This document shows, one piece after another, positions 30,701 to 41,204 of a DNA stretch of 64,000 bases (its first letter is position 1; each line of letters opens with the position of its first letter). Made by a program: the position numbers and the translations under genes. This DNA is from Octopus vulgaris. Taxonomy: Eukaryota. The notes under the pieces were generated by a model, which ran no database searches, had not been told where the DNA came from, and saw only the letters and a list, made by a program, of their open reading frames with translations. The stretch spans positions 2,790,001 through 2,854,000 of the forward strand of contig CATOCA020000001.1 in NCBI GenBank assembly GCA_951406725.2, read 5' to 3'.

Positions 30701-32578
30701 CTGAGATTCACCAACACTACACCTGATTTCCTCCCCTCCATACACACGCAAGCATGGAACAAACTGCCGGCATCAGTTGTTAATTGTCTGAGCACTGCAT
30801 CCTTCAAAACTTCCATGCTTCCTGAGATTCACCAACACTACACCTGATTTCCTCCCCTCCATACACACGCAAGCATGGAACAAACTGCCGGCATCAGTTG
30901 TTAATTGTCTGAGCACTGCATCCTTCAAAACTTCCATTCTTCCTGAGATTCACCAACACTACACCTGATTTCCTCCCCTCCATACACACCAAGCATGGAA
31001 CAAACTGCCGGCATCAGTTGTTAATTGTCTGAGCACTGCATCCTTCAAAACTTCCATGCTTCCTGAGATTCACCAACACTACACCTGATTTCCTCCCCTC
31101 CATACACACGCAAGCATGGAACAAACTGCCGGCATCAGTTGTTAATTGTCTGAGCACTGCATCCTTCAAAACTTCCATGCTTCCTGAGATTCGCCAACAC
31201 TACACCTGATTTCCTCCCCTCCATACACACGCAAGCATGGAACAAACTGCCGGCATCAGTTGTTAATTGTCTGAGCACTGCATCCTTCAAAACTTCCATG
31301 CTTCCTGAGATTCACCAACACTACACCTGATTTCCTCCCCTCCATACACACGCAAGCATGGAACAAACTGCCGGCATCAGTTGTTAATTGTCTGAGCACT
31401 GCATCCTTCAAAACTTCCATGCTTCCTGAGATTCGCCAACACTACACCTGATTTCCTCCCCTCCATACACACTCAAGCATGGAACAAACTGCCGGCATCA
31501 GTTGTTAATTGTCTGAGCACTGCATCCTTCAAAACTTCCATGCTTCCTGAGATTCGCCAACACTACACCTGATTTCCTCCCCTCCATACACACACAAGCA
31601 TGGAACAAACTGCCGGCATCAGTTGTTAGTGGTTGCAGCACTGCATCCTTCAAAACTTCCATGCTTCCTGAGATTCGCCAACACTACACCTGATTTCCTC
31701 CCCTCCATACACACACAAGCATGGAACAAACTGCCGGCATCAGTTGTTAATTGTCTGAGCACTGCATCCTTCAAAACTTCCATGCTTCCTGAGATTCGCC
31801 AACACTACACCTGATTTCCTCCCCTCCATACACACCAAGCATGGAACAAACTGCCGGCATCAGTTGTTAATTGTCTGAGCACTGCATCCTTCAAAACTTC
31901 CATGCTTCCTGAGATTCGCCAACACTACACCTGATTTCCTCCCCTCCATACACACGCAAGCATGGAACAAACTGCCGGCATCAGTTGTTAATTGTCTGAG
32001 CACTGCATCCTTCAAAACTTCCATGCTTCCTGAGATTCGCCAACACTACACCTGATTTCCTCCCCTCCATACACACGCAAGCATGGAACAAACTGCCGGC
32101 ATCAGTTGTTAATTGTCTGAGCACTGCATCCTTCAAAACTTCCATGCTTCCTGAGATTCGCCAACACTACACCTGATTTCCTCCCCTCCATACACACGCA
32201 AGCATGGAACAAACTGCCGGCATCAGTTGTTAATTGTCTGAGCACTGCATCCTTCAAAACTTCCATGCTTTCTGAGATTCGCCAACACTACACTTGATTT
32301 CCTCCCCTCCATACACACACAAGCATGGAACAAACTGCCGGCATCAGTTGTTAGTTGTCTGAGCACTGCATCCTTCAAAACTTCAATGCTTTCTGAGATT
32401 CGCCAACACTACACCTGATTTCCTCCCCTCCATACACACGCAAGCATGTATCTGACTCATACATTGTTCGCTTTCCATACATTTGTACATTACTGCATAC
32501 ACCTTATACGCACTTTCTGACAAGTTGTGGTGCACCTGAGCACTGTATACAATAATTTCATTATTTTTATTATTATTT
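771..32578 (+). mobile_element. 5'-truncated CR1/L2-type non-LTR retrotransposon 3' end (~280 bp if collapsed) whose internal 121-bp segment is tandemly amplified
   Basis: 771-890 translates FFTLRVAEAWNKLPASVVSCRSTASFKTFMLSEIRQHYT*, matching the CR1/L2 ORF2 C-terminal pattern FFxxRVxxxWNxLPxxVVxxxSxxxFK. After the array come a unique 3'UTR (32442-32560) and a TTA-rich tail. Candidate TSD TATAATT at 766-772 and 32579-32585. Confidence 0.85.
793..32441 (+). repeat. 121-bp tandem satellite array, ~260 copies (~31.6 kb)
   Basis: Unit aagcatggaacaaactgccggcatcagttgttaattgtctgagcactgcatccttcaaaacttccattcttcctgagattcaccaacactacacctgatttcctcccctccatacacac(g/t)c counted at 121 nt; 31649/121 is about 261. 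Confidence 0.98.
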
Positions 32579-32585
32579 TATAATT

Positions 32586-33200
32586 CTAATCGACACACTC
32601 TGAAAGGCATTTATAGAAAAGTCCATTAAAAATTTACTATTTTTCTGAAAGTTGTGAAGAAAGCCAGACGCCTTGTGTGAATTTTCTAAAACTCCTCACA
32701 TCGAAGAAGGAAAAATGTTTTCATCAAATATTCCGATATAATCGCAATTTACAGCATGAGAAGCTCAGTTTTAGAAAATATAATTTAAAATCTCCATTTT
32801 CTGGAAGCTCTGAGGCAGGAAATTCGGGTGTCAAACATCTGAAGCAATACCGAAAGGCATTTAATATCTTCACACTGAACTCCTTCATAACCGTCGAGAT
32901 GCGTCAATTTCCGTCGATTTCCGTTCTCGTAGCTGTTTCCCGCAACACAGCTCCGTCACACATCCATGAGACCGGCCTGCGATGAGTAAAAACAGTGTGT
33001 CGAGATGTTTCGGTGGTAGAGGCGTCGTCACTATGAGCTGAATTGTTCTCCGTTAGATGGCATTCACTTGTTTCCTGTTCTATTCTCATCACTTCCGGTC
33101 TGATCCCTTTCCTTCTCGAAGTTTACTTTCACATTTTTGCAGCTTAAAATAGGACGACAACCAGTGCACGGCTGCACTAAACTGCACTTTCATTGCATAT
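32586..33200 (-). promoter_or_regulatory. CpG-containing unique segment; putative promoter/first non-coding exon on the minus strand
   Basis: CpG-rich relative to surroundings; ETS-type CCGGAAGTG on minus at 33090-33098; joins 53-772 across the candidate TSD; recalled resemblance to 5' leaders of Octopus C2H2 zinc-finger genes (unverified). Confidence 0.35.
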
Positions 33201-34079
33201 TCTTGCTCCCTTCGCTTTGTAGTGGACAGTCAATGGCTAATCTTTGCAGTTATCTGACCAAATGCCAATTATAAAATAGAAACTATTAGATTGAGGGAAA
33301 TGTCCGTGCGTCGTGTTAAAATAATGATTGTTTTATGCAAGAATTTATTCAAAAGCAACAAATATTCTTCAAAATAAAGACCAAACGCACGAACTTTTTC
33401 CTCAACTTAATAAATAAATTTTGAAGCAATTAAAGAAATAAGAGGTTTCATTTAGTATGCGATGTTTGGCTGCTATTTCTAGCAGCTGCCTCCACAATAG
33501 GTGCAGGGTGCAGTGTGAAGATTACGAGGAGGAAATTAAGGGCTAAGAATTGCAATATTAAACCCTTCGATCTATTATTTACATTAAATCATTTTTGGAA
33601 ATCTTCAAATTCTGCGCAAGAAAAAAATAGAATTTAAAGCGAAAAGGGATTCAATAAGAGTTATTGTTCTTACCCTTTCAACGTTGACTCCTCCCACCAC
33701 TTTGCATAATGTAGACTGACTCCGCCCATTTTGCATTCTTTATGAACTCATACCCTTCCCCTATTACTAAATATATATCGTCCAATAAGCGCGCTCTCCC
33801 TCTTTGTCTCTTTCTCTTCGCCTCCCTCTCCCACCTCCTCATATATTACCCAATGCTTCCCCCTCCCTTGCTTTTACTCTTAATTCCCTCTGTCTGTACC
33901 TCACTAAACCCTTAATGCATTTTCATACTCTTTCTCCCTCCCCTACAAAACATATCCTCCCACTTCTCCCTCTTTGTCTCCTTTCTCTCAGAACCTCATT
34001 ATATATTCATTTTAATCACCGCCCACCTCCCTTGGAAAAGCGTTCACCTCTTCCTCTCCCTCACTAACTGTATATCTGT

Positions 34080-34971
34080 CTGTCTGTCTCTCTCTCTCTC
34101 TCACGCATTCTGTCTCTCTCTCTCTCTCCCACTCTCATTCTTTCTCTGCTTCCTCATACATTAATATATCCCTCCCCTTCCCTAGGCTTTCTCTCTCTCA
34201 CTCTTTCTTCCTTTCCTTTCTCTCTCTCTCTCTCTCTCTCACGCATTCTGTCTCTCTCTCTCTCCCACTCTCATTCTTTCTCTGCTTCCTCATACATTAA
34301 TATACCCCTCCCCTTCCCTAGGCTTTCTCTCTCTCACTCTTTCTTCCTTTCTCTCTCTCTCTCTCTCACGCATTCTGTCTCTCTCTCTCTCCCACTCTCA
34401 CTCCCACTCTCTGCTTCCTCATACATTAATATATCCCTCCCCTTCCCTAGGCTTTCTCTCTCTCAATCTTTCTTCCTTTCTCTCTCTCTCTCTCACGCAT
34501 TCTGTCTCTCTCTCTCTCCCACTCTCACTCCCACTCTCTGCTTCCTCATACATTAATATATCCCTCCCTTTCCCTAGGGTTTCTCTCTCTCACTCTTTCT
34601 TCCTTTCTTTCTCTCTGTCTCTCTCTCTCACGCATTCTGTCTCTCTCTCTCTCCCACTCTCATTCTTTCTCTGCTTCCTCATACATTAATATATCCCTCC
34701 CCTTCCCTAGGCTTTCTCTCTCTCACTCTTTCTTCCTTTCTTTCTCTCTCTCTCTCTCCCACTCTCATTCTTTCTCTGCTTCCTCATACATTAATATATC
34801 CCTCCCTTCCCTAGGGTTTCTCTCTCTCACTCTTTCTTCCTTTCTTTCTCTCTGTCGCTCTCTCTCACGCATTCTGTCTCTCTCTCTCCCACTCTCATTC
34901 TTTCTCTGCTTCCTCATACATTAATATATCCCTCCCCTTCCCTAGGCTTTCTCTCTCTCACTCTTTCTTCC

Positions 34972-35003
<32 letters not shown>

Positions 35004-35610
35004 ATTCTTTCTCTGCTTCCTCATACATTAATATACCCCTCCCCTTCCCTAGGGTTTCTCTCTCTCACTCTTTCTTCCTTTCTTTCTCTCTGTCTCTCTC
35101 TCTCGCATTCTGTCTCTCTCTCTCTCCCACTCTCATTCTTTCTCTGCTTCATCATACATTAATATATCCCTCCCCTTCCCTAGGGTTTCTCTCTCTCACT
35201 CTTTCTTCCTTTCTTTCTCTCTCTCTCTCTCTCTCTCACGCATTCTGTCTCTCTCTCTCTCCCACTCTCATTCTTTCTCTGCTTCCTCATACATTAATAT
35301 ATCCCTCCCCTTCCCTAGGGTTTCTCTCTCTCTCACTCTTTCTTCCTTTCTTTCTCTCTCTCTCTCTCTCACGCATTCTGTCTCTCTCTCTCTCTCCCAC
35401 TCTCATTCTTTCTCTGCTTCCTCATACATTAATATATCCCTCCCCTTCCCTAGGGTTTCTCTCTCTCACTCTTTCTTCCTTTCTTTCTCTCTCTCTCTCT
35501 CTCTCACGCATTCTGTCTCTCTCTCTCTCTCCCACTCTCATTCTTTCTCTGCTTCCTCATACATTAATATATTCCTCCCCTTCCCTGGGCTTTCTCTCTC
35601 TCACTCTTTC

Positions 35611-35642
<32 letters not shown>

Positions 35643-35770
35643 ACGCATTCTGTCTCTCTCTCTCTCTCTCACTCTCATTCTTTCTCTGCTTCCTCATACA
35701 TTAATATATCCCTCCCCTTCCCTAGGGTTTCTCTCTCTCACTCTTTCTTCCTTTCTTTCTCTCTCTATCT
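34080..35770. repeat. CT-rich minisatellite, ~105-140-bp unit, ~13 copies
   Basis: Anchor ctgcttcctcatacattaatatatccctccccttccctagg recurs about 13 times, separated by variable (CT)n tracts. Confidence 0.92.
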
Positions 35771-36036
35771 CTCCCACCTCCTTATATCTTACCCTCTCCC
35801 TCTTCCTCTCCTTTTATCCCTAAGAAACCTTACTTTCTTACAAATAAATTATATTTTCAGATTTACCTTCAAATTTCTCTCTCGCTAATTATTTTACCAG
35901 AAGCTAATTATTTAACTAACCATTAATTACATAATTACTGTGTAGTTCTTAATTGAGCAAATTAAATAGCCGAGACATTGACGGACAATTTAAGAAGCAT
36001 TTATTCAAAGAATCCTCCTACACCTGGTTTGACATC

Positions 36037-37085
36037 ATGCTAGAAATAACAGCCCACTACACTCAAAGTTGCTTTGTTTTTCATACGAAATTGAAAGACA
36101 ATTTAAGAAGCATTTATAAAACTTTTTCCCGGATCTGGTCAGACTTCTTCATCGGATGAGAAACCAAGTGAAGAAGCGTCTATAAAACGTATTGGTGGTC
36201 TGTTATCTTGCTAGAAATAACAGCCCACCACACTTAAAGTTGCTTTGTTTTTCATACGAAATTGAAAGACAATTTAAGAAGCATTTATAAAACTTTTTCC
36301 CGGATCTGGTCAGACTTCTTCATCGGATGAGAAACCAAGTGAAGAAGCGTCTATAAAACGTATTGGTGGTGTGTTATCTTGCTAGAAATAACAGCCCATT
36401 ACGCTATACTTTACATTGTTTTCATACGAAATTGAAAGACAATTTAAGAAGCATTTATAAAACTTTTTCCCGGATCTGGTCAGACTTCTTCCTCGAATGA
36501 GAAACCAAGTGAAGAAGCGTCTATAAAACGTATTGGTGGTCTGGTATCTTGCTAGAAATAACAGCCCACTACACTCAAAGTTGCTTTGTTTTTCATACGA
36601 AATTGAAAGACAATTTAAGAAGCATTTATAAAACTTTTTCCCGGACCTGGTCAAACTTCTTCCTCGAAAGAGGAACCAAGTGAAGAAGCGTCTATAAAAC
36701 GTATTGGTGGTCTGGTATCTTGCTAGAAATAACAGCCCACTACACTCAAAGTTGCTTTGTTTTTCATACGAAATTGAAAGACAATTTAAGAAGCATTTAT
36801 AAAATTTTTTCCCGGATCTGGTCAGACTTCTTCCTCGAATGAGAAACCAAGTGAAGAAGCGTCTATAAAACGTATTGGTTGTCTGGTATCTTGCTAGAAA
36901 TAACAGCCCAATACACTCAAAGTTGCTTTGTTTTTCATACGAAATTGAAAGACAATTTAAGAAGCATTTATAAAACTTTTTCCCGGATCTGGTCAGACTT
37001 CTTCCTCGAATGAGAAACCAAGTGAAGAAGCGTCTATAAAACGTATTGGTGGTCTGTCATCATGCTAGAAATAACAGCCCACAAC
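36037..37085. repeat. 171-bp tandem repeat, ~6 copies
   Basis: gctagaaataacagcc recurs at ~36039, 36210, 36381, 36551, 36722, 36893, 37064; a diverged copy at ~37166. Confidence 0.93.
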
Positions 37086-37239
37086 ACTATACTTTACATC
37101 ATTTTTATGAAGGTCACTTTAAGGAGCTTCTAAGGAAATATAGTCCAGTTGGGGATCAAATGTGATGCTAGAAATAACAGCCAAGTATGTTAAAGTTTGG
37201 TTTTGTGTTTCATATGAAAATGAAGGACACTTCGAAACT

Positions 37240-37845
37240 CTTCTCTCTCCTTCCTCATTCTGTATTAATATCTCATCCTTCCCCTCTTCCTTTCTCTAAT
37301 ACATGATATACTCCCTCTCTTATCACACACATCATTCCCTCTCCTTCTCTACTCCTCTCCCTCCCCTCTTTCACTTATTTATGTTATTGTTTAACCCCCC
37401 TCCCTCATCCCTCGTTTTCTCTCAACTCTTACTCTCCCTCCCTCACAAAGCATATATCTCATACATCACCTCTCTTTCCTTCCCCCTCCCTCAATTTTTG
37501 TCTCTCTCCCTTCCTCTTTACCACCTCATATCTCGTACTCTCTCTCTACCTCTTTTGCGCTCCGCCCCACGTCACACTCTCCCTCTCTTTCTAAACCTAT
37601 GTATCCTTCTCTCTCTCCCTCCACCTCCTTATATAATATTCTCTCATTCTCTTACCTCGTTCTTTCCCTCCTTTTCTCCTCCCTTTCCCTCTCCCTCTCT
37701 TTCTCTATGTCTGTCTTTCTCTCTCTTTGCTCTCTCGATTTCTCTCTTTCTTCCTCTTGCTTCTTATGTCTCTCTCTCTGTCTCCGTGTCTCTGTTTGTC
37801 TGTCTCTCTCTTTCTCCCTCCCTCCCTCTCCCTCTCTCTATTACC
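37240..37845. repeat. CT-rich low-complexity tract
   Basis: Pyrimidine-rich sequence; the overlapping S/L/P-rich ORFs are compositional artefacts. Confidence 0.8.
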
Positions 37846-38202
37846 TTATTATATATTAATGCTCCGCCTTGTGATGATTGCAGGCAGAGTGAAAGGAAAA
37901 GTAAAGAATTGGAAATGTGAAAAAGCGAAATAAAAAACGAATCAGCGACGTGGAGTCGCAATCTGTACTAATTCCATTGATCAATGTTCGATATTTATCG
38001 ATAATGTGTTATAAACACTATTTTATATTATTCTCACTCTTTTTAATAATAGGCATCACTCGCCGTCGCTCCGCCCCTTTCTCTCCCTCCACACACCGCA
38101 CGATGCTCTTTGAAGCGGTGTTCCATCCAGATGTCCTCACATCCGTTTCTCTCATCAATAGGCAAACCGTTGTTCCATCCGTCTCTTTGCCATTGTCGGC
38201 CG

Positions 38203-38236
<34 letters not shown>

Positions 38237-38241
38237 ATATA

Positions 38242-38480
38242 TTGGGTTGGTGCATAATCATTGCGGCTTTTTTCAACAAATTTTATTCAACAAAAACAAT
38301 AACATGTAACAAAAACATCGTTAAATGATTATTCCGGAGCATATTCACCATCTACTTCAATAACTGCTTCCCATTCGCTTGATAGACGATCATGTAAAGA
38401 TGTTTTTGATAAATATTTTTATTGTTTTTGTTGAATATTATTTGTTGAAAAATAGCCGCAATAATTAAGCACCAACCCAA
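38242..38480 (-). mobile_element. Mariner-family non-autonomous element (internally deleted, MITE-like, 239 bp)
   Basis: TIRs ttgggttggtgcataatcattgcggc... / ...gccgcaataattaagcaccaacccaa, flanked by TA on both sides. The internal minus strand encodes the mariner C-terminus DRLSSEWEAVIEVDGEYAPE*. Confidence 0.9.
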
Positions 38481-38496
38481 TATTTTACCTAACCCT

Positions 38497-38960
38497 AGGA
38501 TGGTGTGATATCTTGAATTGAGCGTTACATGGATTAAAGTGAGGGAAGGTTGCACAATAGCATCTGGCTCACTCTCTCGTCCCTTCCTCTGTGATTCCAG
38601 TGGAAGGATGAAGTCAAGAAAACTACAGACAGGTTGCAGTTCACCCTCCACAAAGTTTGCCGGTCCGTCGAGCCTGTCTAGTGGTTTCCTCAGTACACTC
38701 AACCGGTTCACATCCTTAGATAGACAAGCCCTAGTCCACCAATGGTTAAAGGCCGTTTGCTACCCTTACCATGGTTTAGCCAGCCTGTGGAAGCCGTGAG
38801 CCTGGGTGTGGATACTGTTGCATGCAGATAGCATTGATGAACCACAGGTGAGAGGTGGGAGTCACGGGAGGACCAAAGCGGATGGACTACTCCAAGGAGT
38901 ACTACATATTCCCCCTGACAGAGGTACTACTTGACCCAGGTACACCTTGCACCCTAGAAC
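38497..38960 (-). mobile_element. RTE-related non-autonomous element / RTE 5' region
   Basis: Minus strand reads gggtgcaaggtgtacctgggtcaagtagtacctctg...ctctcacctgtgg...ggctaaacca...cttgacttc...ccactgg...gagagagtgag...tgtgcaacc...ctcactttaatcca, which I recall as resembling RTE-derived elements (not searched). Confidence 0.5.
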
Positions 38961-38964
38961 ATAA

Positions 38965-39146
38965 TTTACAAGGGCAAAGAAAGCTTGAATGATGCGGGTC
39001 CAGAGTCGGCTTCTTGCCTTCAGACCCAGCAGACAACCATTGCCCGACCTGTGGGGCGGAGAATGCATCGGACAGGACGGCAACAACCAGACACACCTTC
39101 ACACTTCTTATGTATTTGGTCATCGTCGACAACGACGGAAGAACTA
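38965..39146 (+). mobile_element. RTE-clade LINE 3' end fragment
   Basis: tgcccgacctgtgg (CPTCG zinc-knuckle start) followed by an RTE-like terminus ggtcatcgtcgacaacgacggaagaac. Confidence 0.5.
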
Positions 39147-39197
39147 ATACCTGCCCCTCACTTGCTATTCCTATAAGATGAAAACACAAACATGCTA

Positions 39198-39408
39198 ATC
39201 TCTCTCTCTCTTTTCTCCCTGTCTCTGTCTTTCTCTCTCTCTCTCTCTCTCACTGTATCTGTCTCTCCTCCTCTCACTCTTCCTGCCTGTCGAGCTTTTT
39301 CACTCTCTGTCCCTATCCGTCTCCCTCTCTCTCTCTCTCTTTTTCTCTCCTCCCTCTCTCTCTTTGTCTCTCACTCCCACTCTCTCTCTTTCTCTCTCTT
39401 TCAGTCTC
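39198..39408. repeat. (CT)n-rich microsatellite
   Basis: Visible. Confidence 0.85.
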
Positions 39409-39625
39409 AACGAAGGAATTTAATTAACAACGCAAAGGGAGGTAATACTTCATACTCAACACAAGAGTTATTGCCCTTCAAACTTTGAATTTACCTTTCG
39501 TCCTAAGAGAAATGATAATCCCGATTTACGGCTATGATAATCCCGATTTACGGCTAGGATAATCCTATTCTTTATACATCTTAAAAAGTTTAAAATTTTA
39601 AGATTTAATATTGAATATACAAGAC

Positions 39626-39730
39626 AGGCGCTAGCGTGGCTGCGTGGTTAAGAATCTTGTTTTCCAGCCATGTGATCGTGGGTTCAATCACACTGCCTCT
39701 AATCCTTGGAAAAGTGTCTTCTATTCAAGC
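39626..39730 (+). mobile_element. Degenerate tRNA-derived SINE head
   Basis: A-box-like tggctgcgtggttaag and B-box-like ggttcaatc. Confidence 0.55.
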
Positions 39731-39786
39731 AAAGGTTTATATGTATACATATATCGTGTGTATGCATGTGTGTGTGTATATTTAGT

Positions 39787-40099
39787 GAAGGCGCGTGGCT
39801 TAGTGGTTGGGGCATTCGACTCAACATTGTAAGGTCGTGAGTTCGATTCCCGGCGACGCGTTGTGTCCTTGAGCAAGACACCTCATTTCACGTTGCTCCA
39901 GTCCACTCAGCTGGCAAAAATGAGTGGCACCTGTATTTCAAAGGGCCAGCCTTGTCACACTTTGAATCTCTCTGAGAACTATGTTAGGGGTCGGTGTGTC
40001 TGTGGATTACTCAGCCACTTGCATGTCAATTTCACGAGCGGGCTGTTCCGTTGATCAAATCGGCTGGTACCCTCGTCGTTGTAACCGATGGAGCGCTCC
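39787..40099 (+). mobile_element. tRNA-derived SINE with conserved central domain and RTE-like tail
   Basis: A box tggcttagtgg, B box gttcgattcc, core gtgtccttgagcaagacac...ttgctccagtccactcagctgg, tail ccctcgtcgttgtaaccgatggagcg. Confidence 0.8.
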
Positions 40100-40236
40100 T
40101 ATCTATCTCTCTGTCTATCTATCTGTCTGTCTGTCGTCTGTCGTCTGTCTGTCTGTCTGTCTGTCTGTACACACACACATTCATACACATATATATGTAT
40201 ATAGACACCCATATATATATATATGCACATATATAT

Positions 40237-40267
<31 letters not shown>

Positions 40268-40392
40268 CATATATATACACCCATAGATATATATATATAT
40301 ATGCATATATATACATACATATATATATGTATATAGACACCCATATATATATATGCATATATATACATACATATATATATGTATATAGACAC

Positions 40393-40427
<35 letters not shown>

Positions 40428-40534
40428 TATATATACATACATATATATATGTATATAGACACCCATATATATATATATATATATATATGCATATATATAC
40501 ATACATATATACATATATATATGTATATAGACAC

Positions 40535-40568
<34 letters not shown>

Positions 40569-40745
40569 GCACATACATATATATATGTATATAGACACCC
40601 ACATATATACATACATACATATATGTATATATATATATATAACAAAATACAAGATGGGCCAAGAACGCAAAACATCCGGACAACTAGGCTTATATATATA
40701 TATATATATATATACATACGTATGTATGTATGTATGTGTTTGTGA
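40100..40745. repeat. Compound TCTG/TA/CA microsatellite with internal higher-order unit (gtatatagacaccc-(at)n-gcatatatatacatac)
   Basis: gtatatagacaccc recurs about 6 times. Confidence 0.9.
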
Positions 40746-40789
40746 CTTTGTAAACTTTGCTTTTCACCCAAATTGCATATCCAGTTTGA

Positions 40790-41170
40790 ACCAGCAAGAG
40801 CTGCATTTACGTTTTGATCTTTGTGGATCTTGAAATGTGTTTTGAGGCCTCCCTTAGATTTGCAGACCTTCTAGCATACACGGCATTGATGTATAGACAG
40901 AATGGCTGGTGGAGGTTCGTTGTTCAATGGTCCGCAAATGAGATTTGAGTCCAGCAAGAGAAATATCAGAGATTCTGCTCACAAAAAAATTGCTGAGATT
41001 CATATTCTCGTTGATAATAACATTTTTCTTCGAATTTCGTTTCATTTTTCATTGGGACATCCTGGTTCTTCAAAACTTTCACTGCATTTTTGTTCGCCAT
41101 CCAACTCGGTCTCATGCAAGGGTTTCTATGGCTTTTGGATCAATTCCCACTGACTCTGACTTCACCATAT
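40790..41170 (-). mobile_element. RTE-clade LINE ORF C-terminal fragment (decayed)
   Basis: Minus strand: GIDPKAIETLA*DRVGWRTK... and C2H2 finger [22 protein letters not shown]. Confidence 0.65.
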
Positions 41171-41204
41171 TTTGTTATACAGTCCTAAATATATATATAT
41201 AAAA

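Noticed and set aside
787-31814. Many 60-103-aa ORFs in the 121-bp array
   Set aside because: The unit length is not a multiple of 3 and each unit has a stop. The ORFs are chance read-throughs of the LINE C-terminal peptide.
793-32441. CRISPR-like array
   Set aside because: No unique spacers; units are near-identical over their full length; eukaryotic context.
36037-37085. Alpha-satellite because of the 171-bp period
   Set aside because: No recognisable alphoid sequence or CENP-B box; only about 6 copies; the length is coincidental.
37303-37961. 205-aa and overlapping S/L/P-rich ORFs
   Set aside because: Translations of CT low-complexity DNA.
37860-38205. Possible promoter (GC boxes ctccgcc, CpGs)
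   Set aside because: No linked exon or other support in the window.
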